NCBI GenBank assembly: GCA_963753975.1
Contig: CAVWEH010000005.1
Span: 640,001 to 704,000 of the forward strand
DNA length: 64,000 nucleotides
Direction of reading: 5' to 3'
Origin: an uncultured delta proteobacterium
GTDB lineage: Bacteria; Desulfobacterota; Syntrophia; Syntrophales; Smithellaceae
Each line of letters starts with the position of its first letter. The stretch's first letter is position 1. The notes below the pieces were generated by a model, which saw only the letters and a program-made list of their open reading frames with translations, was not told the DNA's origin and searched no databases. A program made the translations under genes and the position numbers. Shown here piece after piece: positions 20,017-29,968 of this stretch.

Positions 20017-20791
20017 TTACCTCACTTCATCGCCAAGCCCGATATAGTAAACTTTGGGATCTGTTCCGTATTCCGGTTTGTGGATTGCTACCTGCTGCGT
20101 ACGGATGATGTTTGTCACGGGATCTCCGGCATCTTTGATATTGCCGATCTGCCTTGCCCCCGTCGGGCACGCCTGAACACAGGCCGGCTGCATGCCGTTG
20201 TTAATCCGGTGATAACAGAAATTACATTTATCCGCCACGTGGTGGACTGGATGAAAAAATCTCATACCGTAGGGACAGGCCATGATACAGTAACCGCAAG
20301 CCAATACACCACTTCCGGTCTATCAGCACCACACCGTCGGCATTCTGGTAAGTCGCGCCTACCGGACATACCTGGACACATGAAGGCTTTTCGCATTGGT
20401 TGCAGAGTTTGGGAACGAAAAATGCCTTTTTAATTTTCCCCTGCGGAATATCTTTAAACTTACCGCGTCCCAGATCGATCCGACCGGTAGTGAATCCGTA
20501 CCGCGCCTCTTTGGGAGTATCGGCGAATACTTCTCCTTCTCCGGTTACGACATATCGTTCAACCCAGGTTCGCGAGACATCGGCATCAAAGGGGATTTCG
20601 TTTTCCAGCTTACAGGCCTTTACACAGAAACCGCAGCCGATGCATTTATAGGTATCGACGAGAAATACAAAGCGAAGGGGCGAGGTCCAGGCATGAACAT
20701 CGGGGGGCCGGAAAATTCCGTCCAGTCCTTTGACCAGCACCATGGCGGCGGTTCCTTTTATGGCCAATATTATAAAATCTCTCCTGTTCAC
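20017..20791 (-). CDS. NrfC family 4Fe-4S protein, Tat-exported (one +1 frameshift near 20300)
   Basis: MNRRDF Tat motif; CIGCGFCVKAC, CNQCEKPSCVQVCP, WCIG/CGYCIMACPY, KCNFC, PACVQACP. Confidence 0.88.
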
Positions 20792-20800
20792 CGGTACCTC

Positions 20801-21262
20801 CTAATGGGGTTTGGATGCCTCATGTGGTTCGTGGCAGAGCACACATTCTAACCCGGGATTGTGCTGATCCGGGTTAATGCCTTTGATCTGTGACCTTAGG
20901 CTGTTGGGATAGACAAGACGGGTATGGCACCTAAGGCAGAGCTCCCGGCTTCGGTCCAGGGCAAGTTTCAGCGGATCAGCTGGATGGGAAAATGCCGGAC
21001 CATGGCAGTTTTCACATTCAATATTTTTATGCTTTGAGGAAGAAAGCTTTTGCGCCTGCCCTGCGTGACAGGCACTGCAGAATTCTCGGCCTTGATATTT
21101 TACCGTAAAATTTTTCCATTCCTCAATATTGGATTGCCGGTACCAGCCATACGTATACCCTTGCTCATGAGTTCCAAAATCATTGGGCACCCAGAAGCTT
21201 CTGGCGATTAAAATGATTGCCGCAAGAGCCAAAACCACATACAGAGGCCGCAGTACATGCAT
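20801..21262 (-). CDS. membrane-anchored tetraheme c-type cytochrome
   Basis: N-terminal TM; CSACH, CENCH, CLRCH, CVLCH. Confidence 0.85.
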   Translation of the reverse strand: MHVLRPLYVVLALAAIILIARSFWVPNDFGTHEQGYTYGWYRQSNIEEWKNFTVKYQGREFCSACHAGQAQKLSSSKHKNIECENCHGPAFSHPADPLKLALDRSRELCLRCHTRLVYPNSLRSQIKGINPDQHNPGLECVLCHEPHEASKPH

Positions 21263-21336
21263 AAGCTAAAATTCTCCAAGATTGCCGGCGATAATCATAT
21301 TCTCCTGCTCAAGGAATGTGTGATTCACTCCCGTAT

Positions 21337-23412
21337 TTAAAAACGGTAAGAAAGCGTCACAAATCCCACGTGGGACTCGTAAGAAGGATTATTATAAGCT
21401 CCCGTCAGGTATGCCCCGCTCGTGACATACTGATACCCGTCATACTGCGCATCATTATAATCATATTTTTCATAGGCATAACCTGCCGCAACGGATAGCG
21501 ATTTCGTCACATTATAGGAAAGTCTGATGAAAAAACAGGAAAGCTTGTAGCCATCCCAGTTGGAAAGATCGATATTGTCCTGAGTTCTGCCCGCCGGAAG
21601 AGGATTTGCACCCAAGAGATAGGTGTAATCGACGGAACCATCGGCCTGCAGATAGCTGTATTCGAGCAATAGAGTAAGTTTTTCCGGAACAATAAATATT
21701 TCGGCGCCCGCCGAGTAACTGTAGTTTTCGTCCTTCTGCGCTGCCGTCCAATTAAAGTTTGTCGGTGTCGGCGGCAGTGACGGGTCAACTGCGCCTGTTG
21801 TCTGCCGCTGGAACTGGTCCTGCCGGATGCGTTCATAATCGAAAGAGCCGAATAGCCTGATTCGCTTGTTGATCAGATAATCAACATCGATCAGGAATTC
21901 ATCACCCCTGTCACCGGTCAATCCTAAAATAGTATCGGGATAATTCGTTTCCCTGTGCTTGTAACTTAGGCTGATGCTGAAGTTGTCGGTGGGGAAAAAG
22001 TCCAGGCTGGCCTTATAGGTATCCCGAGTTTTTCCGGCAGCGTCGAAACGTCTGATGAAGGTTTCAATATCGGTCGGGTCAGTAATCTGGAATTCCGCTC
22101 TTCTGTCCAGCCTTTCGTATCCGATACGGGCGGTCAAAAAATCAAATCCCTTCCATCTAAGTTCGCCGCTGAAGAGATCATCCCTGTTATCGGGGATGTC
22201 TTCTCTCTCTCTGCTGATTGTTGAATGATTGTAAGCGCCAAGGAAATAAAATTTTGCCGGTAGCTGAAAACCAAGTTCCGTGCCGTATTTTACTCTCCGG
22301 TAGCTAAATAGGGTGTTGGTGAATGTTGCGGGTGTCTGGGTTGTATCCGTTATTGTAATAACATCCGATTTATTTTCCCGGTCGTCATATTTAAAGAAAA
22401 ATTTGGCATCTAGGAAAGGCAGCGGCTTCGATGTGACTGAAGTAGCGATGCTGTTTGTGTCGACCTGGCCGTTAAAGAGCGGAGTGCTCAAAGTGATGTT
22501 GTTCAGTCCTGTGGCGACAACATATGAATTACTCAACAGGGCATCCGATTTGGCGCTGGCCGTAGCCAGATCAACATTGAACTTGCTGTTTAAAGGCAAT
22601 TTAAGCGCGCCCTTGAGGTTAACTTTGTAGTAGTTGTTATCCGGCGGCATCGAATATGTATCTGTCACCGACGCCGTAGTACCATTAGAGGGGTTGCGGA
22701 AATAAAGGTTTGTGTTGGAGTCGGTGAAGCTGCTGTAAAAGTAGCCCAGGGAAATGTATAAGGGATTGTGGACATATCCAGCCAGCAAATTAATGCTGTT
22801 TGTTTTGTAATCAATCGGTGCCGGAAGCTCTATAGCAATCCCGCCAGGCGTTGTTCCCGCGGCACCGAGGGGATAAATGCCCGCTCGTTCATCTGCAGCC
22901 ACGGAGAAATCCACGAAAAAGGGCTTCAAGACATCGAGCTTGAATCCAGCACCGTAATCTTTCCGTTTTGTCGAGTAATCGAATGTATTCCAGGTACTGG
23001 TATTAGTGCTGGGCGGATGGGTGGGGTAGGTCAGATTGTTAGTCCCCGCGCCTGAATACAACGTTAGCGCATCATAGGTGAAATTGTGGGGAATTTCATC
23101 GTAGTTAACGTTGAACTTGAAGGCTCCCCATTTCCCGCCTTCCAGGTTATAACTCTGAGTATCGTAGAACATGTTACGGCTGTAGAAATCCACATAATAT
23201 TTATCGTCATCATATTTGATTTTAACGTCGCCGTAGAGGCCATCCTGGATGTCTCCGTATTCGTTAAATTTAGCTTTATTGCCGTTGATGTGGGTGAGAG
23301 TGCCCTGCGCGCTGATTTCACCGGAAAATTTATCCTCCTGCTCTTCGGCAAAGGCCGGACTCAAGGAGAACAAACCGAGTAAAAGAACTGATAAAAATAT
23401 TTGTCTTTTCAT
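21337..23412 (-). CDS. mtrB: MtrB/PioB family outer-membrane beta-barrel
   Basis: Signal peptide, KAKFNEYGD, PAPIDYKT, aromatic-rich strands, terminal LSYRF; directly downstream of a decaheme cytochrome. Confidence 0.88.
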   Translation of the reverse strand: MKRQIFLSVLLLGLFSLSPAFAEEQEDKFSGEISAQGTLTHINGNKAKFNEYGDIQDGLYGDVKIKYDDDKYYVDFYSRNMFYDTQSYNLEGGKWGAFKFNVNYDEIPHNFTYDALTLYSGAGTNNLTYPTHPPSTNTSTWNTFDYSTKRKDYGAGFKLDVLKPFFVDFSVAADERAGIYPLGAAGTTPGGIAIELPAPIDYKTNSINLLAGYVHNPLYISLGYFYSSFTDSNTNLYFRNPSNGTTASVTDTYSMPPDNNYYKVNLKGALKLPLNSKFNVDLATASAKSDALLSNSYVVATGLNNITLSTPLFNGQVDTNSIATSVTSKPLPFLDAKFFFKYDDRENKSDVITITDTTQTPATFTNTLFSYRRVKYGTELGFQLPAKFYFLGAYNHSTISREREDIPDNRDDLFSGELRWKGFDFLTARIGYERLDRRAEFQITDPTDIETFIRRFDAAGKTRDTYKASLDFFPTDNFSISLSYKHRETNYPDTILGLTGDRGDEFLIDVDYLINKRIRLFGSFDYERIRQDQFQRQTTGAVDPSLPPTPTNFNWTAAQKDENYSYSAGAEIFIVPEKLTLLLEYSYLQADGSVDYTYLLGANPLPAGRTQDNIDLSNWDGYKLSCFFIRLSYNVTKSLSVAAGYAYEKYDYNDAQYDGYQYVTSGAYLTGAYNNPSYESHVGFVTLSYRF

Positions 23413-23423
23413 CGTTATACCTT

Positions 23424-24347
23424 TTACCGGAGAAAGTATTGTCCCCTCACCGAAGGCCCCATGCTTCCATGAATGTTGGTATGGCAATTCAGGCAACCGC
23501 GGGCAATCATCCTGTTGGATGCAGAACCCTGGAATGTTTCAAACCTGGTGTAAATTGTTCCGGGATGGCGAGTGGCGTCGTGGCAGCTCTGACAGAGCAA
23601 TGGCGGCTTCGAGATTAGAAGTTTCCCGTGATTGCTGCCGTGGGGCACGTGGCAGGTCAGACAATTTTCGGCAACCGGCGGATGTTCCCACAGGAATGGC
23701 CCACGCTTTTCGGCATGACACTGGAAACAGAGTTCATTTACCGTGTCCGCCTTTATCATATTCGGCCCTGATGAGCCGTGCTGGTCATGACACTGGGTGC
23801 ATTTTACGAGGCCTTCCTTCACCGGATGATGCGATTGTTTATTGACTTGAGCTCGAATATCGGCATGGCAGGTGAAGCAAAGAGCCGGTTCACTGGTCTT
23901 TAAATTGTATTTCGTTCCGGAGTGTCCGCTGTGGCAATCACTGCAGGAAACCCCGTTGACTTTATGTCTGCTCAGATCCCAAAAAGGTACGGCTCTCGAA
24001 TCCTGATGACAGGAGAGGCATTTGGCCTGCTTTATTTCCGGAGCATCATTCTTCGCGAAGGCAATCAAGCCGGCTCTCTGAGTGCCGCCTGTCTGTACAT
24101 GCGCAAGCCCCGGACCGTGACATGCTTCACAACCATAGCTGTTGGCTGGATTTCCGGGAATTGCCGTCTTGGAGTGTGTTGATTTCAAATAACTATCATA
24201 ATTTTTTTGGTGACAGGCCCGGCAGACGTCGATACCGGCATAATCATCAGCGGCAGCCGCGGATTGTTGAAAACCTACTGTTATTATGATCAGAAGGGAA
24301 AAGATAAAAAGAGAAAACAGCAAACTTTTGATTTTTTTTATCTTCAT
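23424..24347 (-). CDS. mtrA: DmsE/MtrA family decaheme c-type cytochrome
   Basis: Exactly 10 CxxCH; KQSHHPVKEG, EKRGPFLWEHPPV, CLNCHTNIHGS motifs. Confidence 0.92.
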   Translation of the reverse strand: MKIKKIKSLLFSLFIFSLLIIITVGFQQSAAAADDYAGIDVCRACHQKNYDSYLKSTHSKTAIPGNPANSYGCEACHGPGLAHVQTGGTQRAGLIAFAKNDAPEIKQAKCLSCHQDSRAVPFWDLSRHKVNGVSCSDCHSGHSGTKYNLKTSEPALCFTCHADIRAQVNKQSHHPVKEGLVKCTQCHDQHGSSGPNMIKADTVNELCFQCHAEKRGPFLWEHPPVAENCLTCHVPHGSNHGKLLISKPPLLCQSCHDATRHPGTIYTRFETFQGSASNRMIARGCLNCHTNIHGSMGPSVRGQYFLR

Positions 24348-24637
24348 AAAATAATCTTAAATTACTTGTTTTCCTCAAACCGGCAAGGATTCAAAATCAA
24401 TTTTTAAAAGATAGCTATTATATTAGTTGTGATTTTCATGATGTCAAGAAGATTTTGGCCGTAAAATCTGAGGTGTAGTGTCGATGTTGCTCAGCGGGTG
24501 TAAATTCGGCAGCAGTTGCATTCTCCCGGACTTTTTCATATCATATGCTGACTTTAAATATCAGTACGTAAAAAGAGCATCACGCAAATGTTCAGTTGCT
24601 TGTTGGCTTTGTTCTATTTCACTGGCAAGCCTTCAGC

Positions 24638-26191
24638 TTACGCCCGTGGTTTATCGGTTCTTGCGGTCAATAACAGCAGGATGCTGGATAGCGCAAGATA
24701 GGCCAGAGCGAGCATGTAGTGTGCCGGGGAGTGAACCCGCCAGGGCAGATAAAGTTCACCGCTGGGTAGCACGGAATGGATAATGCCGAAGAGCGTCAGC
24801 ACGGCGCAAATAGCAGCACATAGAGCCGCCAGGCGCGCTTTATGATCGATGAGAAAGGCCAGCATGCTGCCCCAGAGAAGTCCCGTAAGAATAAATCCGT
24901 TACTGAGCATCGTCAGTGTTTGATGCAGGAGCTGCAGATGCAGCGGCAGTTTGGCCGGCGTGGCACCCATTGCACTCAGAAACTGGCCCAGAATTATAAG
25001 TACCAGGCTGGCAATGACCGGCAGAAAACTTAAGCTTACCGCCGGAGAATGGGATGGCGGCGAATCCTTGTAGGCCTGACGGATAATTTCGAAACCGATA
25101 AAAATAAAAATGGGTGCAATAACCGCTCGCGGGATGAGGCTGACAAAAAGGTAAAGCAGTCCAACCGCAGAGCCGATACCGATGAGCAGTCCGGTGAGTA
25201 GCGTATACCACCAGGTCGCGCCCATTTTTTTGTATGCCGGATGGCCGATATAGGGCGTGGTCTGCGCCACACCGCCGAAGAAAGAAGCGATGAGCGACGT
25301 AAATGCCTCAGTGAGCAGGATGTCTCTGGCGCGGTAGTCGTCGCCTGCCAGACGAGCGCTTTCCGTGTTATTAATGCCGCCGATAATTGTGATGATGCCG
25401 AAGGGGATAGCAAGGGGCAGATACTGGATACTCCGCGGCAGAGTTTGGAGAAAGTCGATGGAAAATGCAGGTAGAGAAAAATTCATCTCCAAAGACGGCG
25501 CGGTAAATTCCGGCAGGTATCCACCGTAGCCCAGGGCAAAATGAATCCCCGTGCCCAGAAGTACGGCCACCAGAACGCCGGGCAACTTTCCGGGCAAGTG
25601 CATCTTGCTCAAAAGCGCGGTAAAGATAAGTCCCAGAGCCACCATGCCGACGACGGCCTCATTGAATATTTCAATCATCGGCAGAAATCCGAGCAGCAGA
25701 AGCCCGATTCCGGCGATCGGTCCCAAGAGTCCCGCTGTGGGAATAATGCGCTGAACCCAGCCGCCGAAAAAAGAGGTGAAGATTTTAACAACGCCGATCA
25801 TGAAGAGGGTGGCCATGCCGATATGCCAGGTGAGCTGAGCGTCATGGGTGGCGATATAAGCCGGGCCCAGAACGGCGTAAGCAATGCCGATAGTTGAAGG
25901 CGTATCTATACCCAGAGGCATCGCCGTGACATCGGCGCGCCCCGTTTTTTGTCTCAAACGGATGGCGAGCCACGTGTAAACAAGATCGCCTGCGAAAATC
26001 CCGACGGCCGTGCCCGGGATCATGCGAGTCAGGATCATGTCCGCCGGATAGTTGAAAGTGAAGACTAGGATCGCGCTAAAAAATATCAGCACCCCGACAT
26101 TGTCGAGAAACAGGGCAAGAAAGGCGGTTGTTTCTCCCCAGAAACTATGTTGATTGTCGGTATTTTCAACATTCATAGTAACGCTCCGCAT
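24638..26191 (-). CDS. NCS2/xanthine-uracil-like permease
   Basis: More than 12 TM helices; DVTAMPLGIDTPST, NNTESARLAGD, TTPYIGHPAYKKMGA. Confidence 0.8.
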   Translation of the reverse strand: MRSVTMNVENTDNQHSFWGETTAFLALFLDNVGVLIFFSAILVFTFNYPADMILTRMIPGTAVGIFAGDLVYTWLAIRLRQKTGRADVTAMPLGIDTPSTIGIAYAVLGPAYIATHDAQLTWHIGMATLFMIGVVKIFTSFFGGWVQRIIPTAGLLGPIAGIGLLLLGFLPMIEIFNEAVVGMVALGLIFTALLSKMHLPGKLPGVLVAVLLGTGIHFALGYGGYLPEFTAPSLEMNFSLPAFSIDFLQTLPRSIQYLPLAIPFGIITIIGGINNTESARLAGDDYRARDILLTEAFTSLIASFFGGVAQTTPYIGHPAYKKMGATWWYTLLTGLLIGIGSAVGLLYLFVSLIPRAVIAPIFIFIGFEIIRQAYKDSPPSHSPAVSLSFLPVIASLVLIILGQFLSAMGATPAKLPLHLQLLHQTLTMLSNGFILTGLLWGSMLAFLIDHKARLAALCAAICAVLTLFGIIHSVLPSGELYLPWRVHSPAHYMLALAYLALSSILLLLTARTDKPRA

Positions 26192-26359
26192 TTCATATCC
26201 TGAAAAATAAACCTCTTAAACCCGCCCCTTATAACACAGCTATATAGCTAAAACAGCACTGTTTGACAATTCAATTTATCAATCAACGCGTGATTTAGGG
26301 AATGGACGACGGATGCCAGCGCTCCAATAGGACCGTAACGAAAAAGTATTTCAACTAAC

Positions 26360-26400
26360 ATGAAGAAGCCCGGTGGAAAAATTCCACCGGGCTTCTTCAT
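26360..26400. terminator. perfect 19-bp hairpin; inverted copy of the 18175 element
   Basis: ATGAAGAAGCCCGGTGGAA-AAA-TTCCACCGGGCTTCTTCAT. Confidence 0.7.
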
Positions 26401-26498
26401 TATCACTTAGATTTATTTGTTCTGTCAAATCATTTCCTATTGCAAGCCAATATGTGTTTGCAATGTTTTCATGAAAGAAGAGTGGCCGTTGAGTTCAC

Positions 26499-27410
26499 TT
26501 ACAACTGTTCAGCTTTCCTATTTTTCCAATGATTAGGAAGATCTGGAGGCTGACCTTTGAAATCTGGATTTATAATACAAATTCTGTCTGGTGATTGACT
26601 TTTGTCACTTAAAGTTGCCGGTACCTTCATGCGGATAATCTGATTTTCCAAAAACAGTTTTCTTTTCTTAATAGGAATATGATTACAAAAATTAAGCTCC
26701 CAACCATATTGGCTATATAACATTCCCTCTACATGAAAAAAATATTTCTCCTGGGAAATATTTATTGCATGGTTCCGACATTGTTTGTTTTTACAAGAAC
26801 GCTGAAGTCGTTCAAGCACATCACTTCGTCCCGTCGAAAAGTGCATTGCTACCTCCTTTTTTCCATTCCATGGCAGATCAAGGGCAAAATGACGAAATGC
26901 ATCAATTGACGGCTGCGTAAATAATTGCCTGATTGTTAGATTATCCACGCCTTGATTTTTCAGAAGGTAAGCTAATGCCCCAATAGATATTTTTGCAATC
27001 CCTCGACTATACTTTACCTGCTCATAGGGATTAAATAAACCAACCGGAAATGCGATTGCAAAGACATTTTCGCGAGGTATATGTGTATCTGTTTCTATGT
27101 CATATATATATTGGAATCCAGTGCTCACCTCTGGATCCAAATCTTCACGATAAGAAAACCTGAATAACTTGATAGATCCGTCGGCTAGGAGAGCTTCCCC
27201 TGATCGTTTGAGTGCCTTAGTTTCATGGTATCTCACCCAGTAAAGGATATCTCTTGCATCATTATCAAATATCAAATTAGATCGTTTATTACTGTCTGCG
27301 CATACTGGTAGCCATTGGCTTTCTGGGCCATCAATAGATTTTGGGATGAAATGTTCTTGAGTCGGAACATCGTTATGGTTATCATTACAAAGGAAACAAT
27401 AATAAGTCAT
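26499..27410 (-). CDS. HNH endonuclease-like protein, AT-rich
   Basis: YCFLC...QEHFIPKSIDG...PVCADSN N-terminal HNH-type motif. Confidence 0.6.
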   Translation of the reverse strand: MTYYCFLCNDNHNDVPTQEHFIPKSIDGPESQWLPVCADSNKRSNLIFDNDARDILYWVRYHETKALKRSGEALLADGSIKLFRFSYREDLDPEVSTGFQYIYDIETDTHIPRENVFAIAFPVGLFNPYEQVKYSRGIAKISIGALAYLLKNQGVDNLTIRQLFTQPSIDAFRHFALDLPWNGKKEVAMHFSTGRSDVLERLQRSCKNKQCRNHAINISQEKYFFHVEGMLYSQYGWELNFCNHIPIKKRKLFLENQIIRMKVPATLSDKSQSPDRICIINPDFKGQPPDLPNHWKNRKAEQL

Positions 27411-27537
27411 GTACCATCATCCATTGCTTCGAATTGATCTGCTAAATAAAAATAATAGGGAGATTCTATTTTTTGCGTTTATAAACTAACAACTCAATTT
27501 ACCATAACCCAATAACCTGACCACCTGAAGGTGGCGC

Positions 27538-27608
27538 GAGGTCACGCGTATCATAAATTCCGGATGTTCAACACAAAAAACCACGGGATATTTCGTCAGA
27601 AAATCATT
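27538..27608 (+). repeat. degenerate direct repeat, copy 1
   Basis: GAGGTCA...TATCATAAATTCCGgaTGTTCAACACAAAAAaCCAC...aatcat, shared with 28262-28339. Confidence 0.75.
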
Positions 27609-27690
27609 CTATACGAGCTATAAAGTTATCGATTTTCCGGTGGAATTATATGGGATCAGCATATAAGGCCTGCACTGCTGATCGAATTCC

Positions 27691-28197
27691 TTACGATTTG
27701 TTTTGTGACGCCAATGTTTTGAGATAATCGATCAGCATTAGCGCGTCTGCGGCCACTAAACGGCCGATTGGTCCAGTGCTATAAACGGCGCCTTCGATGG
27801 TGCCATCCGGTCTGATAATGAAGCCGGTTGCATGGAGGAACAATTTCTTATCGTCGTAAAAGGCCCCGGTCATGCCGGCAAAGTTCTTTGCATCCATACC
27901 GTATGCCAACGGGAAGGTCAGTTTACGGCGTTCAACCATCTTTTGGGCTTCTTCCAGGTTATCGATAGAAGCGCCGATAATTTTGATGCCCTTTTCACTG
28001 AATTCATTAAGACGTCCCTGAAAATCAGCTAACTGCTGATTGCAGAATGGTCACCAGCGTCCCCTGTAAACGAGCAAGACCCACCAGTTTCCGCTCTCTT
28101 TCTCGGGCAGGGTCAACGTTGTGCCGTCGATAAGCTTGAATTCCATCTTGGGGAAAAGATCGCCACCGTCAAGTTTCTTCATTTCTGTCTGAGCCAT
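27691..28197 (-). CDS. AhpC/TSA (peroxiredoxin-like) selenoprotein, 168 aa, UxxC with Sec49
   Basis: ATG 28197 after AAGGAGG; VLLVYRGRW-U-PFCNQQL with TGA at 28051-28053, in frame with ORF 27691-27939. Confidence 0.9.
28023..28041 (-). other. SECIS-like hairpin (peroxiredoxin-like gene)
   Basis: AAUCAGC-AGUUA-GCUGAUU, perfect stem 9 nt after UGA. Confidence 0.75.
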
Positions 28198-28261
28198 AAT
28201 TTCCCTCCTTTTATTATTTTCTAATAATTAATATCTGAACTTCGCTTTTTCCGACAACCTA

Positions 28262-28339
28262 GAGGTCATACGTAACCCAATATCATAAATTCCGCGTGTT
28301 CAACACAAAAATCCACAAAATATTTTTTCAAGGAATCAT
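28262..28339 (+). repeat. degenerate direct repeat, copy 2
   Basis: Matches 27538-27608. Confidence 0.75.
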
Positions 28340-28573
28340 CGATAAACGGCGGATATTCTTCCGTAACCTTTGTTAAATTATGCACGGACATTTGTTTGTC
28401 GTAATATGAGGCATCCCTGCTTGCGGTTCGAAGAATATCTCCTTGACTACTGAAATAGTTGCCCTTATCTTGGTATATAGTTTATGGATTCCCATGAGGC
28501 GCTGATTGCTTGGCTCGTTTTAAGATAGTCAAGCGTAATCCGGTAACACGATTAAAAGGACGGGAGAATTTTA

Positions 28574-29815
28574 ATGAGTGAGAAAGAGGACCGACTCAGT
28601 ACTGCTCAGGGCATCCAGCTCTGTCGATTGCGCGATGAATATGCCCGGCCGCGGTCTTATATGGCGGTGGCCCTGGCTTCTTTCGCGCTTCTGGCGGCGG
28701 CCACTATCCCCACGCCTCTCTATCAGCTCTATCGCGAAGCTTTTCACTTCTCGGATTTTACGTTAACCCTCATCTTCGGCATTTATTCTTTCGGTGTCAT
28801 CCCGGCACTCCTGGTCTTCGGTCCTCTGGGTGATGCCATCTGCCGACGCCGCGTCCTGCTTGTCGCCATCTGCACGGCGGGCGCGGGCATTGCCATCTTG
28901 GCGGCCGCCCAAGGAGTAGCCTTGCTTCTGGCTGGACGCGTACTCGTCGGGGTGGCTATTGGCGCAATGCAGGGCAATTCGAGTGCGGCCCTGGTCGAAA
29001 TGCAGCCGCGAGGAGATCGGCGGCGAGCGGGGGTTATGACTGTGATGAGCACGATCGGCGGGGCGGCCGCCGGCACCCTCGTCAGCGGTTTTATGGCCCA
29101 GTATCTGCCCGATCCGTTTTTGCTTGCCTATATTCTGGAACTGGGTCTCCTGGCGATAGCGTTTGTGCTGGTGGCGACTATTCAAGAGGCCGCAAGCCCT
29201 GTTTTCTCTTTCGTCAGCTTTCATCGTCCTCATGTTCCCCGGCGTATTGCCGCCGGGTTTATGGTAGCGAGTCTTTCAGGAGGCTTGATATGGTCCATCG
29301 CCGGGCTCTTCGTAGCTTTGGTGCCGAGTTATGTTTCCAATCTGCTGCACACGCAGAATCTTGCGCTGGGAGGCTCTCTGGTGGCCGTGATGTTAGGCTC
29401 AAGTATTCTAGTGCAGGTGATTATGAGTAACCTGTCGAGCTTTCGTCTCCAGGTGTTCGGCCTGGGATGCGCCGTCATCGGAATGGCCTCAATCGTCGCG
29501 GCCTGGCATTTTTCGTCCCTGGTGTTGATGATTTCGGGTTCGATTGTTTGCGGCGCCGCAATCGGCATGGCCTATCTTGGATCGATTTCCGAAATCAACC
29601 GGCTGGCGGCGCCGGAAGAGCGCGGCAGCGTGAACTCTCTCTACTTCGTAATCGTCTATCTGTTCTTCTCCCTTCCGACGATTGTCCTGGGATTTGTCGC
29701 TACCCATCTGGGCCTGTATGGTGCGATCTTTACCTTTTCCGGCACCGTCATAGTTTTGACACTTGCTGAGATAGTCTGGCTCACGATCCGGCAAAAATCG
29801 GCTGCTCCCGGATGA
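28574..29815 (+). CDS. MFS transporter
   Basis: 12 TM; IPTPLYQLY, GPLGDAICRR motif A. Confidence 0.9.
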   Translation: MSEKEDRLSTAQGIQLCRLRDEYARPRSYMAVALASFALLAAATIPTPLYQLYREAFHFSDFTLTLIFGIYSFGVIPALLVFGPLGDAICRRRVLLVAICTAGAGIAILAAAQGVALLLAGRVLVGVAIGAMQGNSSAALVEMQPRGDRRRAGVMTVMSTIGGAAAGTLVSGFMAQYLPDPFLLAYILELGLLAIAFVLVATIQEAASPVFSFVSFHRPHVPRRIAAGFMVASLSGGLIWSIAGLFVALVPSYVSNLLHTQNLALGGSLVAVMLGSSILVQVIMSNLSSFRLQVFGLGCAVIGMASIVAAWHFSSLVLMISGSIVCGAAIGMAYLGSISEINRLAAPEERGSVNSLYFVIVYLFFSLPTIVLGFVATHLGLYGAIFTFSGTVIVLTLAEIVWLTIRQKSAAPG

Positions 29816-29968
29816 TTTTTGCCGGCCAAACATTTTTTTGATAGTTTTCAACTGCCATTCTGCTACTGATTATTCGTTATTGTATATTCAGATCACTGGA
29901 TCTAGGCTGGAAGCATTGAAGAAGTACCGTACAAAAAAATAAAATGTTTAACAGCAAAAAAGGAGAAG

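Noticed and set aside
24417..24447. Possible sigma70 promoter and Rex-like half site upstream of mtrA
   Set aside because: TTGACA to TATAAT spacing is 19 bp and only a half palindrome is present, too weak to call.
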